A DNA stretch of 64,000 bases from the human T2T-CHM13v2.0 reference genome, Homo sapiens. The translations under genes were made by a program, and so were the position numbers. This document shows, one piece after another, positions 40,275 to 52,992 of this stretch. Numbering within the stretch: the stretch's first letter is position 1; each line of letters opens with the position of its first letter. The notes below the pieces were generated by a model. That model searched no databases and had not been told where the DNA came from. It saw only the letters and a program-made list of their open reading frames with translations. The DNA is taken from the NCBI RefSeq assembly GCF_009914755.1, contig NC_060928.1; one strand, written 5' to 3'.

Positions 40275-42104
40275 CGATATGAATCAAAATTATGAATAAG
40301 GACATTTTTCTTTACAGATACAATTTTGCCTCTATGGCTTTGACCTAAAATATTATATTCTTCAAAATTTACCTACAAGGATATAATTGTAGCACAATTT
40401 GTAATAATCAAAATGAAAGAAAACTATTAAATATTCATCAACTATTACGTGTACCTGGTCCAACTATTTGATGGAGTTTAAATGGCTTTTTAATCACATG
40501 GGAACATTTCCTTGATATTTATTTTATTAAGTGAGGAAAGCAATTTATATAAAATTGTATAAGGACCTTAAGATTGTAAGAGTGAGAGACTTCCTTTTTT
40601 ATTTTGTACATATCTGTACTGGCTAATCTTACATTTATTATGCTTTCCTTTCATCTTATGGTTTTACGCTTGAATTCTTCCTATGGGCTTACTTAAAACA
40701 TATACACACAAACAGACAAACATTTGCTAACACACTAAATCTCTCAGTATTTATGAATACCAATGACAGTGGTGCTGAAGATAATAATGAGATGGGCTTT
40801 TTGAGAACAAGACAATGCTTTAGTCCCTGCTTCACTCCCAGCACTCATAACAGCTTTGTCTTAGACTAGATATTTAACAGTTATTTGCTGATTATATTCT
40901 TGAAATATCAGTCCAACATATTAGGTAATATCTCAGAAAGTTTCTTCTCATATTTATAACTTGCTTTTTCTTTCATTTCATTAAAACACACACAACCACA
41001 CACAACACAGACACAATGAAGAGTTATTCTGTTCTCTAAATAAAAATCACTAGCTGTAGCGGAATCCCAAGAGAGAAAATACAATGACTACAAATACAGC
41101 AAAGCTCTCAGGGGAACTTTTGACTCAATTTTCTAAGAGTGGCAGAGAAAAAAAGAACAGAGGTCTTTCAAGTTCTGGGGGGGACAAAAAAAAATCCCAG
41201 CCACTCCCTGGAGAAATGCTTGCAGAATGGGCACTACTTTTGTAGTTTTTGAAGCCTGTCTCCCCCAATCTACTACTGCTGGCACTGCCCATTTAAGTGC
41301 ACCATGACTGGCTTTGAAGGAAGAAAGTCAGGGAGGGTGAACACCAGCTTGAAGTCCCCAAACACAGTATTCGTATGGACCCGATCAAAAAGAAAAGAAA
41401 TCATTTCAGGTTTGAGGGACTGCTGCTGAGCTACTGAGACTAAAGGAGTCTAAAAAGACAGTGGATTTGTATGGTAGAAGTTATACTTTTATTCTACCAC
41501 CTTCTGCATGGGAATTCATTTTTGAACAGCTAAAAAGACTTCACTATTTATAGGTTTTAAAAGAGTATTACAATCAGGTTTTATTATTTTCGGCGGGGGG
41601 GGGCTAGATTCTTATGTGAGACTTCTGTTTTCCACACTGATAAACTAGAATCAATAAAAATTATATAGAAACTTTTGAAAAACCAAATATTGAGTGATAT
41701 GACTATTTTTTCTGTGTTATTAACAAGAAAAATTGATCATCTAATTTTTAACAGTTGCTAGAATATGAGTAAATCTTCAATATTTAATGATTTGTACAAA
41801 AAGTTATAAAACTGCAAATGTTTGAAATTAAAATGGCAAATACTATTTAAATTCTCCAATACATTTTACAAATCTAAGAATTTTAAAGGATTCTACTGGC
41901 CATTTCATATTTGCAAGAACATATTTTACTGTTAATAAGTAACATATTAAATAAATTTTATTCGGTTACTCTTTCTATAATTTCAAGATGGTTTCACATT
42001 AAGATAAAATATTTTCAACATTGTAATATTCTTTACCATTATTTATAGGTATTTATATTCACATTTTGTTTCATTAAATTACTAAAATCTCTACCAGCCA
42101 GAAT

Positions 42105-42625
42105 GGAGAGATACTCCAAGAAAAGTGAAAATATATGCCCACATAAAGACTTGTACTCAAATGTTTATAATAGCTTTTTGTCTAAGAGCCACAAGAGAAA
42201 TAACTAAATACCCATCAACGAGTATTGAGACATATTACTCAGTCATAAAAATGAACAAATTAATTACACACTATATCATAGACATAAGTTAAAGTCTATT
42301 CTGAGTGAAAGAAGGCAAACAGAAAAAAAGTACATGCTATGTTTTTTTATGAACTTCCAGAAAATGCAGGCTAACCTATAGTAGTGACAAAAAGTAATCA
42401 TTGGTTGCCTAAGGGACAGGAGAGAAGAATTACAAAAGGTTATTAGTACACTTAGCAAGTGATATAATTATTCATTGTTCTTATTTCATTGATGTATTCA
42501 GGATGCATACATACATTAACATTCACTAATGTTAACATTTACTTTAAATATATACAGTTTATTTTACATTAATTGTTTATGAACAGTTTTTATAGCTTTA
42601 TTAATTATACCTAAAGTTATACCTT
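42105..42625 (+). mobile_element. L1MD/L1ME 3' region
   Basis: GAAAATATATGCCCACATAAAGACTTGTACTCAAATGTTTATA...CTGAGTGAAAGAAGGCAAACA...CTAACCTATAGT..GACA...TGGTTGCCT. Confidence 0.8.
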
Positions 42626-45193
42626 AAGGAAAGTTGTAAAATGGATGTCATGTGGAAAGACTATATTTTATTTTATATCTATGTGTAAATTTCTAGTGAA
42701 AAGGTTAAGATTATTTCATTAGTAGTCATTACCATATTTCTCATATGTGTTTGCACATTTGGTTCACAGATGTCTTACAATGTATCATCCTTTTATAAGA
42801 TTCTAGAATCTATCAGTATAGCAGGTACTATTACCCACAAAATAGAAAACATAACTTCTAATCTGCTAATGATGAGATATCACAAGCACATTTAATTCAC
42901 AAACATGAACTTTGGGAAAAAGAAAGAATATTGCTCTATAAAAAAATAGAATTGCTGACTTATTCTCCACTTGAAAATGTGCTGTCAATTTCTTCATTAA
43001 TATTGTTCTAACTTTGCAAAGATAATGTTTTCTAACCTTTTCTGCTGAAAGCAGCTATATGATTCAAAGTTAAGCAATTATTTTACTGACTAATAATTTA
43101 TGCCTAACAAAAATGTAGCAACTTGATAAATCATAAGTAAATAAAAGTGTAAAATATGATTTTATTAAATTTAATTTCTCCTCATGGCAGGTATTTTTCA
43201 AGGAAGCAATTGTGCTTTGTTCATATTATCAAGACCATGAATTCTAATTATAGTGACCTCTAATGGAGCAAAACTTCTAGAAAGAGTTTCCTAATTGAAT
43301 AAATAAATTGCACAAGAGTGTACATCTAATTAAACTATTAATATTTTAATCAAATTTAATCAAAATAAACAGAAAATCACAAAATTAACAGAAATTTAGG
43401 AACATTAGTAATTGTATTGGATCATTTGGTTGCTAGAAGCAAAATCTTTTCTCTGTTATATCACATTTCAAACAATTGGAAAAACAGTTTCCAAATCAGC
43501 AGTCAAAAACTATGTAGGCTTTGCTGTAAATAGTACCAAAAAGGACACAAAAAAAGGGTGGTTGTATTACCAATTAGAGAGAATACCAAGTGTTTTCTTA
43601 ACTGTGGTGTGCATGTAAAAGCAAAATCTATATTTTTAGCTGAGTGGTAATTTCATTCACAGTATTTGATTACATGTCATCTATGTCCAACATTTTATTT
43701 TTGCCTAATTCATATTTTACCCATATAATTGATTTAAGTCAATAGTGTATCTTTCAGATGAAACTAGAGCCAAGCAAACTTGCCCAGGAATATACAGAAA
43801 TTCATTCTACTTCTTAAGAGTCTTCCTTTTTCCAGTTTTCCCTTGCTGCAGAATTGCAGCACGATTCAGCATTCTACAGCTCCATCTTGTGTCATGCAAG
43901 TATTTAAAATCCTTTTCTTTTTCTCTGAGCTGGATAGTTATGTTTCTGTTCTTTGAGGATACAGAACGATGACAAGGTGGGCTAAATGTAAGTGCTTGGA
44001 CAAACATTATGAACAAATGTTAATAACAGCCAGATGGGAGGTGCAACTAATGTGCAATGCACTTGCTGCTCTTCTGATCATGCTCACTGGTGAACGGCTT
44101 CTCACTGAAACATTGGCATAACCTTGTCTGTCTGTCTGTCTTTTTTGTTCCAAGTTCACGTGTGACAAGGACCATCAGCAGAGCATTACAATGGCCAGCT
44201 GCTTTGGTCTGCAGCTGTAGGCAACACTAATTCTTTCTCTTTTCATTCATTCTTTTAACACAAAATTGGTCTTGACAATGCATTTTTATAATCAGTGTGT
44301 TCACTTTTCAGTGTCACCAATTTTTTACACGTGACATGCTGGTTAGTTTAAGAAATTGATATTGTTCAGAGAGTTGTTTTGCTAGTGTGTTTACTGAGTT
44401 GAAATAAAAGTTAAAAAGCCTGCACAGTTCAGAAAAACATATCCTGAAAGTCCTTGAGTTGGGGCTGCTACAAAAGGAAGCTGAAAGCACAGATTTTTGT
44501 CAGTGGAGCATGAAGATGACAAAAACAGTGACCTCAATCCAGCATCTTAAGCAGTCTGCCTGTGACAGCAATAGAAATTGCTATAGGCAAATTATGTACT
44601 TTTTCCTTAATATGTCAATTTCCTTTTAAATTGTATATAATTACATTTAGGTTTTTTTAGAAAGTCATTCACTAACAATTATATATGTGTAGAACACACT
44701 GCATGTTTTTCATAAGAATAATATATTTTTTGCAGTTAAAATATAAACAACACTGCTACCAAAATCTGAATAATGTACCTATTAATGCACATTCTAAATA
44801 CTGAACGTTTTTATGTAGAAATATAATTACTTCTTATAGCTAATATGACTCATAGGAAAAACAAGAAAAAAATTTAATAACATTTGTCAAATAAGCAGTG
44901 CCATTATTTAAATGTGTATGTATGTCTTACGGGAAGACAGTTAATGATTTTGTTTAATTTTTGATGGCATATAAATTAACCCAGAAAAGTATACTGGTTG
45001 TTTTAATTTTTGTACTTTGAAGTCTGAGCTAAATTAAAAGGGAACTCTTGTTATAAAACTGTTTCTTTGTTCATCTATTCCCCCTTTCATTTATTCACTA
45101 ACAAATTCAAAAAAAAATTGAGCATTTAAAATATACCAAGTAATATCCTAACTGTTGAAGACAAAGTAAAAAGAATTAAAAAAAATGATTTGC

Positions 45194-45492
45194 CCATAAT
45201 TCTCAGCAAACTAGGAACAGAAAACCAAAAACCACTTGTTCTCACTCATATGTGGGAGCTGAACAATGAGAACACATGGACAAAGGGAGGGGAACATCAT
45301 ACACCAGGGCCTTTAGGAGGGTGGAGAGCAAGGGGAGGGAGACTATTAGGAAAAATACCTAATGCATTTGGGGATTAAAACCTAGATGACCGGTTGATGG
45401 GTGCAGCAAATCACCATGGCACATGTATACCTATGTAACCAACCTGCACGTTCTACACACGTATTCCAGAACTTAGAGTAAAATTTAAAACA
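45194..45492 (+). mobile_element. 5'-truncated L1PA7/8-like 3' end
   Basis: TTCTCACTCATATGTGGGAGCTGAACAATGAGAACACATGGACA...GGTGCAGCAAATCACCATGGCACATGTATACCTATGTAAC; TSD AAATG(A/G)TTTGC. Confidence 0.92.
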
Positions 45493-47517
45493 AGAAATGG
45501 TTTGCAATGTCAGGCTCTGTGTGTATATGTATATAGCTGTGTGTATATACATATGTGTGTGTATGCATGGTAATGGTTGTGTGTTTGTATGCGGTTGCGT
45601 GCTTTCTGTGAACAGACAAAAAATTATTTATGTTTCATGGTAAATCATTGGCTTAACCAACCTAAAATTCATTGTAAATAACTATTTAAAACTTTGGCAA
45701 AAAGTGTTAGATGAAAACTCCTAAAGTTCTTTAAATTGTTAATGATTCACTATATCAATCTCACTGAGAATTAATTCCAACAAATATTGCTTATACTGTA
45801 ATTAGTTTTATCTACATCAGATTTTATTGGTATTTAAAATAATAATGAAAATTTTAAATGTATTCTATGCCACAATCTATATAAGGGTTGCTTATTAACA
45901 ATATTTAGGCAATGGAAAACTTCAATGAGTGATTTCTTATTTAAAATTTGTCCCTCGTCTATGTGCAAAAGCAACTGAAGCAACTCACATTAAATTGCAG
46001 TTCAAAATGATAATATTAAATAGCAAAACAGAAAAGATACTTTCTCTCCCGAGAATTGTTTAGCAATCAAGATTTGCCAACTAATAAAATGCAGTTTTAT
46101 CTTGTGAGAAAGGTTTAAACTGCTTCTTTAGAACTATATGCATTATCTTGAGTCTCTACATATTTCTCATTTTTGTTTTAAATTTGCTATACATTTATAG
46201 GAACCTTGCAATTGTAACGCTGCCTCAACATTTATGGAAAATTTTGAAATGTGGAGAAAAGGCATTAAACTGGTAAAAACTTTGATGTCCAGCCAAGGCA
46301 GTAATATAGATGAAAGAAACAAGAATTGTAAGAGGAAAAAAGTGGAGCAGGGTCTGCTCTACGCGACATGAAAAGAGCTCATGTAGGCAATGCCTACTCT
46401 ATTTAAATAAACACCATGAAAAAAAGTTGTATCACTTTCCACATCTCGATAGACCCTGAGTAATATTTTAGTGATATTGATAATTCTCATTGAATTTGAT
46501 TTTCATCTTCAAATTTCACAGAGAAAATATCACATCCATAAGACACATGAACAAACATCCTCTTGTCTTCTGATATTTTGTACTCAAATTATCCTTGTTT
46601 CAAAACTTAAGAAAGAATAGTAATCCAATCGACTAAAATATTATAAAAATCTCACCAATGGTCATTATAATATACTTATGTAGGTCAAAGCAATTCTTTA
46701 TAGAATATCCTAAGATTTCTTTAGATCTGCCATTAGCAAGTTCCACCGATGAGGCTACAGCTCACCCTGACCTTACTGTATCTTGCAGAAGGAAGAAAAT
46801 GAATCATATCTTGTTTCTTATTTTAATATCCCAATTATTCGGAAATACTTTAGGTTTCTAATATTGAACCTACTAGTTTGTATTCTGTCAATTAAAATTT
46901 AGGAAAGGCACTAAAAGTCTGTAATACATTCAACACATTTAGAGTAACTTCACAGTGCACATAATTCAATGTGCCTGACACATCCCAATTTTGTCTCAGT
47001 ACAATTTTTTTTTAAAAAACAAAATATGTTTTAGTGCCTTCTAGGTGTTAGAAATATTTCAAGAAACATTTAAAATACAGAAGTAATACAGGTTCTGTGT
47101 TTAGGAACTCACAATGTACTTAGAAAAAGATGTAAACATACACATATTTATATCAGATACAGATATTGGTGATTTTTTTGAAAGAAGATAAGCTCTGTTT
47201 GAAAAAATTCAGAAAGAATATACTATAGAGATATTATTTAAAGTTTGACTTTTTATTTGATGTGTATTTTAAAGAATTTAAAGCAATTTACTTTCTTAAT
47301 TAGTATATACAAATGAATAAATGATATAGAACATTTCTGAATACAAATAGCTTGTGGCTTAGATTTGTTTATTATGACTAGTAATGAGCTATTTCATTTT
47401 GATACCGGTTCTTCTTTAATTTGAGGTTTAGTCAATATTACAAAAGTGTCCTATAGACTTCCTCTCTATCAGATATATAAGTAGTAATACCCCAGCATTT
47501 TAAGGTGGCCAATGAAA

Positions 47518-47518
<1 letters not shown>

Positions 47519-47556
<38 letters not shown>
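47519..47556. repeat. (CA)n microsatellite, nearly perfect
   Basis: GCGCACACACAC... about 17 uninterrupted CA units; likely polymorphic. Confidence 0.97.
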
Positions 47557-47559
<3 letters not shown>

Positions 47560-48621
47560 AATTAATCTTGGAACTTGAGAGTATTTAGTGGTTTGGAAGC
47601 CAGATTTACATAGTTTATCATTAAAAATAAACAAATGTACATTTGGCAGCATAGAATCACTGTCTAGTGACAAATTTATGTGTACAGGCAGAACATTTTA
47701 AACTAAATTCTTAGTTTAAAAATATGACTTGTGTATTACTTTAGATGCTGTAGGACTTACTTACCCTTTCAGTTTTCACTAGAAAATATCACTATGTAGG
47801 TTGTAAAAATTTCTTAAGCTAAATAACTGCTGAATCTTTTTCCTCTTTAAGCAAAGACAGCTTTTTCATTTTCACTTATATAAAACAACATTTTCTTTAG
47901 AGATTAAGTTTCTTATTCTTTTTCAACATTTTAGGTTACTGCTGCTTTTCTGAAAATGAGAATTGAATAATGAGTTAAAATTGCTTTTTTTGTTTTATCA
48001 TATAAACTATGTCTGGTTTCCTTCAGAAATAACTTTTAAAAATACTTCTACTGATACTCTGACAAAAATTATATTTCTTTAAAAATACACACTTAAATGA
48101 TCTTAGAAATATAGTCTTTCTTGGTTTCTAATTCACAGATATAAAACTTCTGATTTAATTGAATAGTTTGCACAATTCTGATCTACTTTTCTTAGATTAT
48201 AATAACTTATTTTAACTATCTGCAGAGCAAAAAGGCACAGAGATTGAAAAATACATTTTGGAAATATTGCCTTTAAAGGAATTTCTACTATTCAAATTAA
48301 ATATAATGCCAAAATAATATTTGTTAAAGCTTAACCAGGGACTAATTTACAACATAAGCTTAGCTTTGAAAAACAAACAAACAAAAACAGACCTTGTTCT
48401 AAAATGAAAACATAATATTTGACTTAAAATTTGGAATTTTGAGCAAATAACTTTGTTTTAGAATTATATTTTGCTATGGTTTACCATTGGGCAAATTCAT
48501 GACTATTCATGAAGCAAATTAGTTTCCCTGCACCAATCACAGGGCCTGCAACATGGTAAGGATTCAATAATTGTTTCTTGTTTAAATGAAAAAAATGAAT
48601 TTATAATATCTAGTTACTTTG

Positions 48622-49070
48622 TATTTTTAAATTAACAAACTTAATTATTTGAATAGCTGTAGGTTTGTAGAAGAATTGAGTGCAAAGTTCAGAAAATTCC
48701 CATATATCTACCTCACTAACATATGGTATATTTGTTCAAATTGATGAGAAAATATTGAAATATTAACTAAAATCCTTGGTATACATTTGGGTTCCCCTTT
48801 CCGGTTGCATATTTTGTGGGTTTTGAAAAATGTATAGTGGCATGTATTGACTATATTTAACTATATACATGCCATTACACATTTGCACAGAATAGTTTGA
48901 CTGCCAATCAGTGGTTACCAAGGACAAAGGAGGGGAGGAAGAGGGATCAATAGGTGGAATACAGGCATTCACAGTATCCACTATCTCCTAGTTTGGCCTT
49001 TTCCAGAATATCACAGAGTTGGAATCACAGAGTATGTAACATTTGTCAGATTGGGTTCTTAACTTAGCAA
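48622..49070 (-). mobile_element. L1MC1/2-like 3' end with an internal rearrangement
   Basis: TAGGTTTGTAGAAGAATTGAG...CAGAATAGTTTGACTGCC...GCCTTTTCCAGAATATCACAGAGTTGGAATCA. Confidence 0.82.
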
Positions 49071-49071
49071 G

Positions 49072-49453
49072 CTGCGTTTTTTGGACAAATCATATTATCA
49101 TAACAAAAATGCCATAAACTGGATGGCTTAAACCATAGAAATGTGTTTCACACAGGTCTGGAGGCTGAGAAGTTTAAGATCAAAGGCTAACGAGGTAAAA
49201 TGGCCTCTTCTCTTAGCTTCTCAGTAGCCATTATCTTGCTGGTGTGCTCAGATGACCTCTTACTTGTGCATGCATGGGAAAAGAGAGCTCTCTGATATCT
49301 CTTCTAATAAGGACACCAATTCCTTTGAATTAGGGCCCATACTTATGACCTATTTAACTTTAATTGCCTCCTAAAGACTTTATTTCCAAATGCAGTCACA
49401 TTGAGTATTAGGGATTCAATCTATGAATTGTAGAGACAAACCAGTATATGGTA
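49072..49453 (-). mobile_element. MLT1A/B-like LTR (3' LTR of a MaLR provirus)
   Basis: CATAACAAAAATGCCATAAACTGGATGGCTTAAAC...TCTGGAGGCTGAGAAG...TAAGGACACCAAT...CCAAATGCAGTCACATTG. Confidence 0.88.
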
Positions 49454-50840
49454 TTTCACTCTTGGTCTCCCAAAATTCATAGTCTTTTCATATGCAAAAC
49501 ATATTCACCTTTTCCAACAGTCTTCCACATCCTAATTCATTCCAGCATCAGCTCTAAAGTGTAAAGTCTCATCTAAATATCATCTAAATCAGGTATGAGT
49601 GAGACCTTAGATATGATTCATCGTGAAACAAAATTTCTCTCAAGCTGCAGACCTGTGAAACTAGAAAAGTTATGTGGCTCCAAAATACCACCTAACTTTT
49701 GTAGTATGATGGGACAGGCATAGGATAAACATTCTTATTCCAAAAGGGAGAAATAGAAATGGAGAAAGGAGTAGCAGCTCCCAAGCAAGTCCAAAAGCAG
49801 GCAAAGCAAATTTCATTAGATCTTAAGGTTCAATAATAATTCCCTCTGGCTCAATGACTCATCTTCTGGACTAATTGGGGTGGTGACTCTGCCCCCAAAG
49901 CGCTAAGTGGGGTTGTTGCCAGGCTCAGGTCTTCCTCCCAAGGCTCTGCTGGCAGAGGCCATCTGGCCAGTTGAAACTAAGCTGGTGACCCTGATAATTC
50001 TGAATTGCCTACAGTGTTATTTTTGCCTTGTCTTGAAAAACAGTGTATGTTTACAGCCAAATAACTCTGTTGTCTTGTCCTGTAGAATCTGAGAAGACCC
50101 TCAGGCTTCCTTCACTTTATCTTACCTCCATCCCCGTCCATTCAAACTGGCAGTGTTTCTGCCTGTATTATTACATAAGCTCTTTATCAAGTGACGGTCT
50201 AGCTATACCTTTGGTATTCTCTTAGAACATGCTCTTCTCATTTTTTTGCAACACACTCAGGTTGAGAATTTTCTACATCTTTCTACATTTGATTATTTTT
50301 CCCTTAACAATACCTTCCTCAATTAATCTCACTCTTCTAACATTTAACTATAAGCAATTAGAAGTATTCAGGCCACACCATCACATTTTGCTTTGAAATC
50401 TCCTCAACTACCTATCTAATTTCATTGTTCACAATTTTGATTTTTCGCAAAACACTAGAACACATTTTTAGTCAAGTTCTTTGCCACTTTATAACAAGGA
50501 TTACCTTTTCTCCAATTTTCAATAATCTCTTCCCATTTTTATCTGAGACATCACAAGAATGACCTTTAATGTCATGTTTATAACAAAATTATATTCATGA
50601 TTATGTATGTTTTCATTAAGAAGTTGGAGGCTTTCTCTCTATCTTCTTTTCTTTCTGAGCCCTCATCAGAATCACCATTCATAGCCAATGTCCATCAACA
50701 GCACCTCCTTGGCAATGTGGGTTTTTTCTAGCATGCACCTCAAAGCTCCTACTGCCCTCTCTTATTACCCAGTGCCAAAACTGCTTCCACATTTTAAGTA
50801 TCTGTTACAGCAGCATTCCCTTCTCTGTACCAAGATCCAT
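49454..50840 (-). mobile_element. MLT1 internal sequence
   Basis: CCCAAAATTCAT...CATTCCAGCATCAGCTCTAAAG...GGGACAGGCATAGGATAAACATTC...CTTCCACATTTTAAGTATCTGTTACAGCAGCA...GTACCAA. Confidence 0.88.
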
Positions 50841-50921
50841 TTTGATGAAGTCAGTCACGTTGGGAGTTAGGACTTCAGCATATGAATTGGGGAAGGTGGG
50901 CACGATTCAGTCCATAGTACA
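50841..50921 (-). mobile_element. Remnant of the MLT1 5' LTR (first 70-80 bp only)
   Basis: CAGTCACGTTGGGAGTTAGGACTTCAGCATATGAATTGGGG...CACGATTCAGTCCATAG parallels 49394-49450. Confidence 0.75.
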
Positions 50922-52429
50922 TTTCAAATGCCAGATTAATAGAAAGCATGAGGAAGTTGTAATTTGTTATTCCAGAGTCTGCACAAACAGCTTTCAACAC
51001 TCTTGGAGGCCATTTGTTAGATCTGTAGCATATGGGCCACCATCGTTCCCTGCGGCAGGCAGAGTGAGTTGATGCTGGTGTGCTCTCCTTCGGACCTCCA
51101 ATTGGTTGTCATAGCCATCCTTCACAACCACTCCCAACTTAGTAAAGATGAACCTGGAGGAGCATTTGCTATCCCTGATGTACAGAAGCAGAAAAGAACT
51201 AATGTATCAGCAGTTTTATCAGTAGTCAACATAGAGTATCCCCCTAAAATGAGATACGACAATGTTGAAAATGACACTCCTCTGACTTATGGAACCATGA
51301 TATAGTTATAGAGCTGCCATAGTGATCTGTAGTTCAGAAAAGCCTGACTTCCAAACTCTATATTTAGTAATTCCTTAAGTAGACAGGCTTAGGTATTTTT
51401 TCAAGTGAAGCAGAATCCCACATCTACTCCAGGGAATCCGACATCCTAACCAGAGCTGGAATGATGTCAAAATATAACTTTCTCTTTTCATGAGCAAAAC
51501 ACTTTATGTGTATTTTAATTAATATTTTCTGCAAGTTCTTACTTTGTGGCACAAGAAAGTCAAATCAGATAAACTGTACATAATTTTACAGCTGTGGCAG
51601 AATCGTTTTGCCATTTCTGTGAGATATATTCCTTCTGAGCATAGTATATAGACATATAATTCTGATTATATTATTACTTTGTATCGTTCCCTAGCAGAAA
51701 TTAATTAATTTCTGATAGGTTGGGGTATGGCTTTCACCTAGTTTAAGAAATTCAAATAATTATTAACCAAACAGGAAAGAGTTTCCAAATGAGTATATGA
51801 AAATTTAGTAACATGTGAATTTAAATATTCTTTTATTTATCAACTGACAGTCTAGCTATACTTTTGGTATTCTCTTAGAACATGCTTTTCTCATTTTTTT
51901 TTGAGAACAATATATAAATTAAGTATTGTTTCAATAATTTATCAGTCATTTAAGTAGATGCTACTATAAAGCAGGCCTTTTCAAATCTTATAATATTTAA
52001 AATCCATAATAAGCATACCAAGCACAAGTTATATTTATTTTATACATAGTAAAACTAATAATCAGACATAATATGTCTTTACAAAAGGTTTTACAAGCTT
52101 CAAAAATAATTATGGCAGGATCTGAATCTAGAACTTTTTGGTTATTGGTGTGTCTATATTTCTTTTCTTATGCCTCTAAAAATGTATAGTCTCAGGTAAA
52201 AATTAATAATACAAAAAATAGTTATTTTGGGTATATAGTGAAATTTTTATAAATTTCTTCCTTGAGAAAGGGAATAAATAGTAATTGTAACACAATTTTA
52301 CAAAATCTCTAATGGCCACATAGCAGTTATTTACATTTTGTGATGCTGAATAAGCAAAAATTTATTTTTTGAGATCCACAAAATTGTCTTCCTATAATTT
52401 CTAATCACGTGGACTTAGGTGAAAATCTC

Positions 52430-52992
52430 TGTGGTGTAAGGCTCCAATGTGGCTCCTATAATCCCTACCTTCTGGCAATAACACCTTTGTGCTCTTAAGT
52501 GTGGGCAGGAACTGAGTTACCTCTAACAGTAGCAAATGGCAAATATGAGACCATGTGATTATGTGAACATGATTACATTACATGAGATTGTAACTGGTCT
52601 TGCTGGGAGACTTTCTGTCATTGGCTTTGAAGAAATAAATTGTCATGTGTTGTGCTGCTACATGGAGAGGATCACAGCTTACAGAGTTGAGTGTGGCCAT
52701 CAGCTAACAGCTAGCAGGAAGCTGAGGCCCTCGGGGTAACAGCCTTCCAGGTACTTGATGAGTACTGTAAGGAACCATATGAATGTGGAAGAGGATTCTT
52801 CCCCAGCTGAGATTCAGGTAAGACCATAGTCTTGGCTGCTACCTTGATTGCAGTCTTGTAAGACTCTGAAGCAGAAGAGTCAGCTAAATCCCATTCCAAA
52901 TTCCTAACCAACACGAACCATCAAATAATTCACTTGCTTTGTTTAATCTGCAAATTTCATAGTAATAATGCTGTGTGTCAATAGAGACACAA
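52430..52992 (+). mobile_element. Solo MLT1F-like LTR
   Basis: GTGTGGGCAGGAACTG...CAGCTAACAGCTAGCAGGAAGCTGAGGCCCTC...CCTTGATTGCAGTCTTGTAAGACTCTGAAGCAGA. Confidence 0.85.
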
